Assembly (NCBI GenBank): GCA_004022145.1
Contig: RCNU01000011.1
DNA: 64,000 nucleotides
DNA from: Paecilomyces variotii
Taxonomy: Eukaryota
Direction: 5' to 3' (one strand)
Shown: positions 36,093 through 49,321 of the stretch, in pieces
Layout of the letters: each line of letters opens with the position of its first letter
Position numbering within the stretch: position 1 is the stretch's first letter
Made by a program: the position numbers and the translations under genes
The notes under the pieces: generated by a model
Databases searched by the model: none
What the model was told of the DNA's origin: nothing
The model's input: the letters and a program-made list of their open reading frames with translations, nothing else

Positions 36093-38674
36093 ATCCGTTC
36101 AATCTTCCGCTGGCCTATCAGGTTCGATTCCATTCTAGCTATCAATCAAAATCCCCGGGAAATATTAATATTAATAGTTAGAAGCTTTAGGCTAACCAGA
36201 AGAGAAAATAAGAGGGCGGAATTATTCCGAAGAGCGTCAATTGGGATTTTGAAGAAGCGACCGGGCTGTGAATAATATACCAGAAACAGCTTTTCTTTTA
36301 AGAGTAAATCATCAGCATCCTCTGTATATCTCGAATATCTACTATTTGAAACCACTTCTGTGAATAAGAAGGGAATCCGCTATAAACGGCAAACGCACAT
36401 GTGATCCTTTTCCATCTACCTAGGCAAAACTATTGAATAAGACACTAGCCCTCCAAAATAGGAGTAAGCTGCAGTCCCACGCAAGTTGCTCTATTATTGT
36501 CATGTCGGACTTCGAGGATCCGGTTCCAGACTCCGCCGGATCTATGGCCCGATTAGAAGATTAAATCAAAGTGGCTATTGGGAACTTCGACAATGGAGTC
36601 ATTAAATGGGTGGTGTTTATTTTTCGCATACGATGGAAGAATTTTTTAAAGACGAGGAAGAAGTGCGACGTGACTTTTCTCCGGCGCTTGCTGCGCATAT
36701 GTACGCAAAAGAAGTATTCGATTCATGTTAAAGTTGGAATTACAATAGTTGTATGTAATCGAGTAATAGTTGGAATAGCGCTGCAGTAGGTCTTGGCTGC
36801 CCATGTATTAGACAGGGGTTTCGATCTGCGAGGTCTGGGATAGGCTCACGGCAGCGGTCGTTCATGCTATTGTTCCCCCCTGCTTCTTTTCGTTCCTTAC
36901 TTCTGTGGCTAACGTTCCTCATTGCATGCTGCAGGAAAAGTGTAGTCAATTAATGTGTAACTGGATTGCGCATCCTCGGGAAAGAAGATGCGGATTCCAA
37001 ACACGTCTGAGAATCAGCATCTCACTTCCGTAGAAAAGACCCCAACAAGCGGGTTTTTGCGTTACTCGTTTAGCCAGAATGGTAGTATGGCTGCAACCAA
37101 AACGCTAGTCCATGAATCGAGAAAAGCCTTGAATAGGTGTTCATGCAGTTGCAGTGGTATGAGAGTCACCGAGGATACAATGTTAGAAGCCAATGTGCGG
37201 CTAAGCTTCCTTGGAAGATCACTGGTGTATGGCCATTTGTATGTATATCATGACGGGAAGCAAAGCACCAAGTAACATCCCAACTGGTCAATCTTCAAAT
37301 TTTCCATGTTGGAGAGCCACTCCTTATCAACTACATTGTCCCATCGTAGCTTGTTGCAGTCAGCAAATGAAAAAGAGCCTGGAGCTGGCCATCAAAGACA
37401 CTTGTAGAATCACATATACAATGCAAAAACTGAAAATTGCTGGGTATATATGCGGTAACATGTGGATGCCAGATAGTAGAGAACAATGATATGGGAAAAA
37501 TAAGAACATGTCTAGAATAGGACAACAGCAAATCATAATGCTAGTCGATAGGGGCAAGAGTTATTCCTCCTAGTTGGGACGATGTTTGTTTCGAGGACAG
37601 CGGAGCTGGCTTTTGAGAAATCCAACAGTCCAAATATTTTGTCATATCCTGCGCGGCAAGGGGAGAAATGAGATGAAACTAGCAGTCTTTGTCTGCCCGA
37701 CAAGGCAGACGATGACATGTCAACTAACCAAGCCACGGCGTTGTTGATCTACCCCGTGAGAGGTATGGCCGTTGAAACATATTGTTCTCTTGAAGAAAAT
37801 CCAGCGAGGGATTTGTGCTCGCGTAATAATAGAGAACGCCCAAAATAGGATACTTGCGAAACAGGCGACTTTGTTGCAAGAAAAAGATATGTTGAGTTGG
37901 ACAAAGGAAATAGCATGAGCGATCTGACGAATCCAATAAGAAGAGAAGAGATCAATAGACAAGTTATCATAAGCAACCGGTGATCCAAAAAGCAATCATC
38001 CCAAAGAATTCCCAATGCCTGTAGCCTTAGTGCCTCGATACCGCGAGCTGCTCCCGGTTTCCCCAGTGGTCCACCACCATGCATATCCCCATACACGCCC
38101 TGAACCCAACAAAAAAAAGGAAAAAGAAAAAAAAGAAAAGAAAATGTAAACCACATCGAAATCTATGTCTAAAATTGTATGCACTGTGCGCCAACCAAAT
38201 GATGTGACCCATATGCATTATCATTACAAAGCTGAACTCCATATTCACCCCAAATGTTTCCTTGGAGATTACCGGCCGCAGAGCCAATATTAGTCAGAAA
38301 TAGTCATTTCATTTTCTTGGGCACAGCCCTCCTGACATTAGTGTGTTGCCGGCAACTGGTGGACCAGATAGATAGGTCGCAATCGTCGTGTGGAATTATG
38401 CGTAGTATCCAATGCGGTTATCAACCCGTTAAAGCAGCGTGGTGACCGTGCAACTCCTTGAAACTTGCTTCGTGTTCGAGCGCTGTTTGAATGTAGGAAT
38501 GAACTTGCGGAAACCTTCCTGAGTAACAGCAGATATTCAGTTCGTGTTGTTGATGACGCTATGGGTAACTGTCAGGGGGCTGTGTCGAAAAGGCGATAGT
38601 TCGGCATCAAGAACGGAATTTATGGTAGTCTCTCAGGTAGAGCTTATTAGTTCTCGTCAGCACTTCTTGTCCTA

Positions 38675-40041
38675 TCATCTCCGGCCTTGCTCAGCCACGC
38701 TTCGGCCTTCCAATAAGTCGAGACACTGGCCCAGAACTTGGGGATAAGGTTAGCTGAGGATTTTCTGAATCGATGCGTGTTTCTGTGGCTTACCAGACAG
38801 GATTTCTTCCTCCCATATGCCCATTTGGTAGTCAACGAGGCCATGCGGCTCCATCTTGTCACAGAGACGTATAAGTTCTTTTCCCATTTTGTCCAGCATA
38901 TCCAGGGTGAGCATACTAGGATGTGGTTGCCGTTCACCGGACTGCAGGAGAGCTTGTGTTATGTCCTTCTGCTTCTGGAAAAGCGAGAGCCAGCAGAGAT
39001 TAAACTCATCCCAGAGCTTAAGTCTGCCGGCATGAAGCTCTTGGTCATCACGCAAAATTCCTAGAAACGGGTCAGCTCTATCTTCTCGTTTAGCGGAAAC
39101 TAGCGTGCAGAGGAGGGAAAAGACGAGTATAGGAAATACACACCTAGCTCCCGCGAATTGCAAACCAGCCACTCAGAGATTTCTAGAAGTGATTGGCTTG
39201 CATCCACCAGTCTCCCTGCTCGAGTATGATCGAATGCCATTCTTAAAGCCTGTTGGTATTGACTATATGCGTCATCAGAACTGGCCGCTTCTTGGCTTTG
39301 TTCTTGCTGCCCCAAGCGATCGGTGGTCTCCGTAGTGTTAAGTTCCGCCATGGCTACTGGGAATGACTGTGCAGTGCTAGATCGATCGACCATACCCTGG
39401 GAATATGAAGATGGCTGCACCTGGGGAGTTAAGTATTGCGGAAGAACGGCAGGAACTTGGGTTCCTGTTGGCCCACCCGGTGAAAAATACGGTGGAACTC
39501 CAAGTTGCGACGACAAGGCCTCGAGAGCTGCAGACTGCCGTGGTTGGTATTGTGGAACAACTTCATATGGTGTCTGTGTCTGACCCTGCTGACTGAGGCC
39601 ATAGGCCATATTACTGCCATACTGTGAGAACTGTTGCTGTTGCGATTGCGGTTGCGGTTGCGGCGGCGGTAGAGGCAGTGGTGGCTGATGCTGGCGATCT
39701 TGCTGTTGCCCATGCTGTTGTGCAGTTTGCTGCTGGCGCGAAGGACTTGTATGGAAACTTGGATGATATTGCAATCCCCCTCCATGCAGTGAGTCGCCCT
39801 GAAACGATGAGGCACTGTATGACTGTTGATCTGTGTATCCATAGCCCGTGTAGGCTGAGACGCCAGAGCCTTGTCCCTGTCCTCGAACCGGAGCTTCTCC
39901 GCGTGGAGGAAGTAAGGCTGGTTGTCCGTATGGGCCTCTCGAACTGTCTGGGGCTTGTTGGACTGGCTGTCGCCCCATTCCAGGCACCGTTGGGTAGCTG
40001 GAAGGATCATGCTGTTTCCGTTGATGGCTGTCGCCATCCAT
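38675..40041 (-). CDS. Hypothetical protein: Q/S/Y-rich disordered N-terminus plus helical C-terminal domain, 3 exons
   Basis: MDGDSHQRK start (uncertain); introns join ...CNSRELG|ILRDDQELH...LWDEFNLCWL...GLVDYQMGIWEEEILS|VLGQCLDLLE in frame. Confidence 0.8.
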
Positions 40042-42942
40042 CCCACCCAAAGGGTCCCACGAGGATCCGCCTCGCAACGTATCGAAGGCTGGGTTCCGAT
40101 GCGTTGGAGGCGACAGAGGAGGGCTCGCATAGAATCCCAGTTTTCCAGGTTCCGCGATCGTTTGCTGAAATCGAGGTCGAGCCAGTATCGACTGAGGACG
40201 CTGTGCGAGACAAACGTAGAAGGGGATTGGCGACGGCTACTAGTATATTAGGACTAGGTTTATTTTCATCAGCTTGAGGCACCTTTGATGATTTCCAAAG
40301 AGTTAGCAAGAGCGGAAACGGCAGTACCTACCGGAGTATAAAGCGCCACTGTGGAAGAAGAGTTTTCCTTGAAGCAACCCCATGTACTGGAGCAAAGAAA
40401 GAAGATTACTGTCTCTTTTCAAAAGGAATGGAAGACTTTGCAGCATCGATAATCAGTCAGGAGCAATTTCATGCTAGCTCAACAAGAGGTGGAATAACTG
40501 TGCGGATAGAAGGATCAAGCGGCGGTATCGGGATGGAAGATAATATCGAATGGAACAAAGAGGCATGGGACCACAGGTAGGACAAAGTAATCAGCGGGGA
40601 TTTGCAAGCAATATGAAGGAGAGCAAATATGACTTCTGGAGCGCTAGGGTATGCCTGACCATCCGGCATACAAACTGTACTCTAGCCGATAGAAGGTATC
40701 GTGAACGCTAGCAACGCTCTGGCATTTAGTTGGTTCAAGCACCACAGTCCACCATCGACGGGGCACCCGCAGTCCTTAACCTTCGTCAATCGATGGTCGA
40801 TCAGCCTGGAGGCCCTTGATCTTCCAACTAAACAGGGCGGGGCTCCGACGACGGTAACGGTTGTAACGTGGAGGGGAAAGGGGGGTTTATCTCGGAATTC
40901 TAGGGCCTTTTGTTCCCGCGTGATGGATCAAGGTCAGATTGGGTATTGTTGAGCAAGAGAAGCTGTATAAACAGCGGCAGGGATCCGGAGAATTTGGTCT
41001 TCTTACAGAGATGACTAGCGTGGGAATAGAAGGTAAATTTAGTAGACAGGCCCCCTGTCCATCAGAGAAGAGAAATAGAGAGAGAGAGACAGAGACGAGA
41101 GAGAGAACGACAGAAAAGACAGAAAACCACACCGGCATATAGGGCCGCAGAAACGACTACCGTGAGGAAATGCAATATCCGCCGGATCCTGGTTCCTCGT
41201 GTCTCCGTTTTCTTTCCCGTCGCCTTTGTTATCGCCATGACCTTCCTCCTCGTGCCAGTGAAGCTTCTATCCATGGTAGATTCGCAGCCGTATACCTTTC
41301 TTTGCACTAGGGGGTTCCAACTGTTCCAACTACGACCTACTCGTAAGCCAGACGGCTGACAATGCAAATTAGAAGATGATGCGCCACACAAGCGGGCATC
41401 GACCTTTCCAGGTCAGGCGTCAGCGTTGGACAAAGCGTCTCATCCATATTAGCAGCCAGGACGGTTGATCGTCATTGGTGATGGGCGGGAACAGACAGGC
41501 TCTCCGACAGATGGGCCATCAAAGACCATCGTTCCCTTTCCTCTCTGCTTACCGGTGGGTCTCTGCGCAAAATACAGTAAAAAAATTATGGAGAAGTCAT
41601 TTTGCTGCTTCAGAATGGGCTAATAATCTGCAGGGTCTTCCACTCACTCAGATCAGAACCAAATGGAGTTACTATCCATATAATTTACGCCTTGGATACA
41701 CTGGCGCTTCTCACGATAGGCAGCATATCCGCAAGGTTCCCTCAGTGGCTTTGAATCGCAGGAGCTTGAGAGGGTGACCATCAAGATACTGATTGGAGAC
41801 GGAGAATTGGGGCTTCTCTGCCATCCGGTCTGTAGGGCTTCGCGATCGCTCTTGAAGCCTGGCGTTGAGCTAACCGCAGCCCTAGTCGCGATCGGAGGCA
41901 GACGTCAATCGACAATCCCGACCTTCGAAGCATGTCATCGTCGGAAAGGCTGAGCTGAATGGACGCTTTAGCCCGAGCCGCTAGCAATGCGTTCTCCGTA
42001 AGCTCCAAACTGGCTGGGCCACCACCATACCGCAGGCTTGGTGTAAGGGGTAAGGCAGGGGAGCCGATTTTGTCTTAAGGGCGTTTCAGCGTACGCCTGG
42101 CCGTTGGAGAGCCAAAACGCGCCCTCGACGTCGGCGGATCTTAATTGCAGTCGATGAGAAAGAGCCGGGACCTGCGCTCATCGAATGTCTGCAATAGCTC
42201 TTAATTGTCTACTTGCCGCGACGGCAAATTTCCGGGCAAAGTCCTGGCAGAAATGAGTGTATTCTGAGCAGAACCGCATGTCTCGAAATGCAGGTCCGGA
42301 ATCGTTGCAGTTGACTGCTTGGCACGTCTAGTGGCAGAGAAGACAAAATGAGCTTCCTGCGACAGGAACAACTCCGTACTTTCACATCTGCGCTGGCCCC
42401 ATGTCACTGCGCATCCGCTATGGACGCCCGAGCTAGTTCCACCAGCCCCAAGAGCCTCGAAGGAAGGCTCCATACCATCATCGTTCATTATCTACCATTG
42501 ATGAAGTCTCTCGTTTATTCTTGCTATGAGAGATAATCCCAACCACGGATCGGCGGACGAAGAATCTATACCCTAGATTAGAGCTGATTACAATCCAACA
42601 ATGTTCTTGACAGAGCAGACACGACTACTAATGTTAATACACACGCGGCTCCATCCCCAAGAAAACATGGCTGACGTTTCTCTTGTACATTCCTTCTGCA
42701 GATGTACAGTATCTCAATGATGCACGCTTTCGCATGTGGTTTGTCCGGAGTTGCGACGACAGGAAGCCACTGAGTCGGGTTACTAAAGTCCCACAATCAC
42801 GTCTTCCTACATAATAGGGCCAAATGCATATGTGGAACAACGGAAGAAAATTGTCCAGGGTACTTGCAGATGCCAATCAGCGTTCTCAACGGCGGTACTT
42901 TGGAAGGCTGTGGGAATCGCAACCGCAAGGCGGTTACTAGTA

Positions 42943-43321
42943 CAGTAAACCCTGGCTATAACGAACCTAGCTATAACGAATTTTCCGCTATAACGAACTA
43001 AACAGCGTGTCTAATTTAAACCCCCATACAAAATTCGTTAAATTTGCCCTATAACGAAATTCGGTACTAATCCTTAGCTGACCGTCATTTTTGTATGGGG
43101 GATTCGTTATAACAAGTAACATGTCACGTGTAAAAATCCTTAAATAGCCAATAAAAACCCTTTATTTTCATGTATCTATTACATAATATTGAAAAATTTC
43201 TCCCCTTTACTATGATTACATAACGCAAATCACCTTTCCCTAATATTTGATATAACGAATACCACGCTATAACGAATCATTCCTCGTGTCTGATTTGATT
43301 CGTTATAGCCAGGGTTTACTG
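42943..43321. mobile_element. 379-bp MITE of Tc1/mariner-pogo type
   Basis: Perfect 23-bp TIRs CAGTAAACCCTGGCTATAACGAA (42943-42965 and 43299-43321); TA on both sides (42941-42942, 43322-43323); AT-rich, no ORF. Confidence 0.92.
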
Positions 43322-46300
43322 TAGTAGGACCCGATCGTCACTCCAACCGACGCCTACCAAACCCCAAAATAAAGCGTGACTCGGTCTTTTACTGCTACTA
43401 CTAACTACTACTACAACCAACAACAACAACTACTACTACTATTACGGAGTACTGGGGCACTGCTTAAGCCTGGAAGGTTCTTTTCCCGGAGCCAAAGTCC
43501 GGCTCAGGCGGGACCGCGCCCGTTGGCTCTAAAAACTATGATTTTTTTGACTATCATTGTCGTTGTTGCTGATCCGCAGGTGCATCCGAAACTCACCAGG
43601 AAATGTGCTCTTCAGGGACCTGAGATGCCAATATTTTCTCCGATAGAATACGTCCCAGGACTTCTAACTACTAACAAGTTACAGAATTGTTGGTAGGATG
43701 AGGAGCGGGTCTCTTGCTTGCAACTTGCTACTAGATACAGCTACAAACGATTCATAAGGATCAGCGGTTGTTCTCAATTGAGGCCCGAGTGCCGTCGCGC
43801 TACCTGCTCAGCCCTTCCAGAATCGAACAACTGCGTCAGAGCTATCTTTGCTTACTGGCATACTGACATCGACTCCTCCTGAATATACTATAAAGTCTAG
43901 TTGTGGGTCCATCCAACTCTAATATACTCCGTCCGAGTTGGTATGCCGGCCCGAACGCTAAATCGTTTCCAAGGACCCCTGGTAAGTGTTTCTTGAATCA
44001 GCCCTAGATCCAAAAGACAATCGTTCGCGTCTCATGATTTGTCCTTACCGCTGATCCATTGCATCAGGCACGGCTCCTATATGACGATAGCCACATCTGC
44101 CATTGACGCTTCTCGTATTTCCTGACGTAGTCCAGATGGTATACAAAACATGCCGGTGTTAGTCCACGAAGAAGAATTAACTGTTATGTCGGGAAAAGTC
44201 GCGAGGAAAACAAGTTCCGCGCATGGAGTCTCGACTCTCGCAAGACTAGTTTCCGATTTATCCGTTGAAGGGCCATTGCTCGCGACATGATTTGGATAAG
44301 TCGATAACTCGAAGCAGCAACAACGTCACCTCTTCACCGGAGACAGCAAGCTTCATCTAGCCCGTCCTCCGCAGGAGCTAACGAAGACAAATCAGGAACT
44401 TATTTTGCTAAGGAATTGCTATCGATACGCCTCCAATCTAGTAGCAAGTCGATCGGAAAATTATCAAAGTGTTGGGGGCCGGTGTACTAGACCGTAGCTC
44501 TTGCGCACTAAAGATATGCACCGGGTAGATCCCCAAACATTCATTTGCTTTTTAGTGTACACTTCGAACCCAACGCGAGTCCTGAGCACTCCAATATCGC
44601 CGTGCGCAATGTTCCTGCGGCCTTTATTGACACTTGGCGGCGAAGGAAATCTGATCTGACAAGGGATAAAACGATTGTTGTTTACACTCGGCCGATAGAT
44701 ACGGTTTCATAAATCCGGCATTAACAAGCTTATACATCTAGTCAACACTCTTTTGATATTCAGAGCAGGATGAGACGAAATCTTGCTATGGTAAAATACA
44801 GGCTCCACTTCACAAGCCACACAATTGCCTACTATCAGCCCAGACAATTAGTTCGATAGCTAATTATTTCGAAATTGCGGACGGGGAAAAGGACAAGGAT
44901 CACAACATCTCCATGCAGAGAGATCGGAGCCATCTCTCAGTCTAGAAGGTCTAGAAGGCTTCCAGAAAACAAATTAAGCGAGAGAAGTCCGTGGTTTCAA
45001 CTACGAGATTGTGCCGTTCTCAATGTCGCGGAAGGTGACGCTAAGACGAACCCCCCCCTGGCGCCGTTACGAGAAAGTCTGTGCGAGGAACAGTTCATTA
45101 CGGTTGAGATAAACTTATGATACGCAATCTCTCCCCTACCCCCCCTGTGACTGTTCATTCTAGTCCGGTTCCACTCTTCGGCTCCAGAAGGAAAAAGACA
45201 TGGATATCTCGGAGAAGCCCTACGGAGACTTAGATACAACGGGATCTTAGAAGTACGGCGCCGACGATCCCCATTATCCACTTCATTCCACCCCGTGTTT
45301 CTAGAAGCCTTCTAGAAGGGAGACAGACCCACGGCGTCACTGCCTCTGGATTTGTAATTTGGTGCTGAAACTCACTACGCAGCTCGGCCGACAAGGGACC
45401 AATCTCATCCTAAGCAAAAAAATATTTGAAGAATAATGATTAATTACGAGCCAATAATCCAGGACCGACTTATGACTCCAAATGAGGCAGTGAGCCCGAA
45501 TACGGAGGAATTAATACTATCTAACTCACTACTAGCTACTCAATATTATTATTATTATTATTATCCGTCATCATCTTTGCGCAATGTCAGTTCACTACGA
45601 TCGTGCAATTAAACATTCTTCGATACAGCTTCCTTCAGGCATGCCCATTCCCCTTCTAGTCATACTCCCGGAGAAGAAAAAAAGGAAAGGAAAAGAACTC
45701 CGCGCAAAACCTCGAACGATTACATCCGCCAAGGCAGCCCTACTTAACGCTCCGGATCGTCGTTACAGACCAGAACCTAGACTAGACTAACTAATAATCA
45801 TCTAACTTAACCCTCGAACGGCTGTCCCGATCCCTTTCCAACGGCCTGTCTCTTACCTAGACTGCGGCAACCTTAACTCTACGTAACTCGGACTGGCTGT
45901 GCTGCTGCGCCTTAATTACGCCTTACAGGTTTCCCAATTTAATCCAGTTCCCGCGTAGCATGGTGGGCTCCCTCGCTCTCCCTTTCCCTTTTTTTTTTGC
46001 TTCTTCTTTCGTCCTAATTTCCTGCTATTTGTGATTCTTCGATAAGGAACGGCCTTCCCAGCACTTCTGTGGGTAGATGCTTCTGTTCCATGTCACGTGG
46101 GTACGGGCGGTTGTTGCTCGAACATCTGGATAGTTAGTAGAGGCGGTGTAGGAGGTTTAAATTATAGGGGATTTTCTTAATCGAAACATGTTGAAAGACC
46201 CCGGAGTTCGTATTAGCAAAGTGGATGTTAATGGTTATATTGTTTGTTTGTTTGTTTTCATTGTCTAATATGCCAGTGAAGTCGATTTGGCGCCTTGACA

Positions 46301-46401
46301 TTAAGATGCGAGATAGATACATGGATAAATTTTCCGCGAAAATGCCTGCAGAGTTGAAATAATACAGAGAGAGGGAAGAAAACATGACGCAGTAAGGTCT
46401 T

Positions 46402-47465
46402 TCATCTCTTGACCCAGGTGGGCATCTTTCTGGCTTTCCGGTGGCCAGGCTTCTTTCTTTCCACGCGACGGGCATCGACGGTGATAACACCAACTGTTCG
46501 AAACCATGAGAGTTAGCAGTCCGAATACATATATGGCAGTGGATGGACGCGGCCTGTAAGTCATTCCAGCAGAACATGAAGTACAACATACCTCTTCGCA
46601 GAATGGGCTTCAGTGCTGGCTCATGGACCAGCAATGCCCTGGCAACTGCCAGTGTAATGGCTTCCGCCTGACCGGTAACACCACCTCCCTTGACAGTAGC
46701 CCAGACGTTGTATTTGTCCAGCCGCTGCGTGCACCTAAGGGGCCACAGTGCACTCTCACGGTCGTGAAGGCGCGGGAACACATCCACCAGGTTCTTTCCG
46801 TTGACCATAACCTCTCCCTCTCCCTCAACGAGGTAGACGACGGCGGACGACTCCTTACGCTTTCCCTTTCCTCTAGCCCGGCCCATCTCGTCGACAGTCG
46901 CGGGAACCGGCTTGTTGGCGTACGGGTTACCCGGACGGAGAAACGTGTTCAATGTAGAACGGACTTCCTCCGGTGCCAAAGCGGGATCAATCCTGTTCAG
47001 CCGCTGCAGGATCTTGATGAGGTTCTTGTACTTCTTGGTCGGTACCGGCTCACCGACGAAATCGCGGAATTGAGCGAGCTTGAACCAGGCCATCCGCGGG
47101 GCTTCACTGGGCGCAACAGTAGGCAACGAGGCATATTTGGCCAGTATGCGTTCGAGGTTCAACAGGTGGTCGATGAACTTGGGACTTCCAGAGAAGTAGG
47201 CCGGAGACGCAGGCACAATGCGTGCTGGCAGATGCTGGAACTTGGAGAAATCAATCTCTGGTGCCGCCTGCACCTCCAGAGCAGCATTATTCCGTGTAAA
47301 CGTGGAGAACGCGCTTCTTCGTTGTCGTTGAAGGAGCTGTGTGGATATCGGAGAGAGAGAAGATGCGGAGGATCGGACGGAGTGCTGAAGAACAGTCTGC
47401 AATGAAACAGCATGACGGACGCACTGCGCCGCCTGCATGATGCAGTTTGACCCCTGCCAGGCCAT
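46402..47465 (-). CDS. MRPS9: Mitochondrial ribosomal protein uS9m, 2 exons
   Basis: Presequence-like N-terminus; [23 protein letters not shown], spliced tail [24 protein letters not shown]. Confidence 0.93.
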
Positions 47466-47749
47466 TGCTGCGATCCCAGCCGGACAGAAGCCTCGAGATT
47501 GCAACGGGAGGGACAGCGCTGGACGATAAAGCTGCACGGAGTCCTTGATCTTGTCCAATCGAGACCGCGAAGTTCGGGAGGTTTTTCGACTGCCCGAGTA
47601 TATCACGTGACTCACCGCGACCAAACGATTCTCCGGCGCCGACTAAGTTTGATTCGCACAAAATTTCGTCGACGCAACAACTTTGCTCTCCCAGTCTTTC
47701 TCCTCCCCCGCCATCATCCCACTCGAGATCTGCCACAAGTCCTCTCAAG

Positions 47750-49321
47750 ATGTCGTTCGGCAAGCTCTACGGTCTTCCCGTAAGTCTACCTGCTTCCTGC
47801 ATCTCTCAACAGTCTACATCCATCTATTCTGCCCCTCATTGGTGCCCCTCAACCAGCACGAAAGGCGAGTTGTGATAACTGACACCTTCGTCTTCAGGAC
47901 AACCCTCGCTCCATCCCGATCCTGGTCGCGGCCAAGAGCAATGGCCTGGACATCGAGGTCGTCCCTACTGAGGGCAATGTGAACGCCTCTTTCAACCAGA
48001 GCGCTGAGTACACCAAGCTCAACCCTCTGGGCAAGATCCCCACCTTCGTTGGTGCCAATGGCTTCGTCCTCACTGAGGCCATCGCCATCGCCATCTACGG
48101 TATGTATACCCAACTGCAGTTCTACGTCTATATTGCGCACATTACTATGATGAATGTTTTTATTTTTCAGTTATCCCTGACAGAACAATACTGTTGATAA
48201 TCCACCAACTCTGATATCGCAATTACCCCGCTTTCGGGCACCATGGACTTTTTTTTTTTGCTGCTACACACAAATTGCACAATTTTGAGCATTCCACTAA
48301 CAATGCTTTAGTTACCTCCCAGAACGAGAAGACCACCCTCCTGGGCAAGACCAAGCAGGACTATGCTTCCATCCTCCGCTGGTTGTCCTATGCCAACTCT
48401 GAGCTCCTGCCCCGCTTCGGTGCTTGGTACCGCCCCCTGATCGGCAAGGACCCCTACAACAAGAAGAATGTTGAGGAGGCCTCCAAGGTTGCCCTGAAGA
48501 ACATCTCCGTTCTCGAGGCTCACCTCACCCAGAACACCTACCTCGTTGGCGAGCGTATCACCCTCGCTGATATCTACACTGCCGGTCTCCTGACCCGCGC
48601 TTTCGCTCTCGTCCTGGACAAGGAGTGGCGCTCCCAGAACGTTGCCGTCACCAGATGGTACGAGACCGTTATCAACCAGCCTTTCTTCAAGGCTGTTGTT
48701 GAGAACCCCGTCTTCGCTGAGAAGACCGTCACCTACACTCCCCCCAAGAAGGAGGAGAAGCCCAAGAAGGAGGCTGCCCCCGCTGCCGCTGCTGCCGCTC
48801 CTGCTGAGGAGGAGGACAAGCCCGCCCCCAAGCCCAAGCACCCCCTTGAGGCTCTCGGCAAGCCCACTCTCATCCTCGATGACTGGAAGCGCACGTACTC
48901 CAACGAGGACACCCGCCCTGTTGCCCTTCCCTGGTTCTGGGAGCACTACAAGCCCGACGAGTACTCTCTGTGGCGCGTTGACTACAAGTACAACAACGAG
49001 CTTAAGCTCACCTTCATGTCCAACAACTTGATCGGTGGTTTCCACGCTCGTCTGGAGGCTTCCCGCAAGTACCTCTTCGGTGCTCAGTCCGTTTACGGTA
49101 CCAACTACGACAACATCATCCGTGGTGTCTTCCTGGTCCGCGGCCAGGAGTTCAAGCCCGCTTTCGACGTTGCCCCCGACTGGGAGAGCTACGAGTTCAC
49201 CAAGCTCGACCACACCAACGAGGAGGACAGGAAGTACATCGCCGACATGTGGGCCTGGGATGTCCCTGTCGTTGTGGACGGCAAGGAGTACCAGTGGGCT
49301 GACGGCCACGTCTTCAAATAG
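47750..49321 (+). CDS. TEF4: Translation elongation factor 1-gamma (eEF1Bgamma), 3 exons
   Basis: GST-like N-domain NPLGKIPTFVGANGFVLTEAIAIA; PKPKHPLEAL; DDWKRTYSNEDTR; FDVAPDWESY; strong C-ending codon bias. Confidence 0.96.
48143..48217 (+). ncRNA. snR38: Box C/D snoRNA, snR38-type, in EF-1gamma intron 2
   Basis: Box C ATGATGA 48147-48153; guide CAGTTATCCCTG 48168-48179 complementary to LSU CAGGGAUAACUG; D' CAGA 48181-48184 puts the +5 position on the yeast G2815 equivalent; box D CTGA 48211-48214; flanking stem ATTGCG/CGCAAT. Yeast snR38 also lies in the TEF4 intron. Confidence 0.88.

Noticed and set aside
36118..36136. GGTTCGATTCC, a tRNA T-loop/B-box-like word
   Set aside because: No T stem or cloverleaf can be formed around it.
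40100..46400. Telomerase RNA, snRNA, SRP or RNase P/MRP gene in the long intergenic tract
   Set aside because: I found no TAACCCTAA-type template or conserved boxes by eye; an Rfam/Infernal scan would be needed to exclude them fully.
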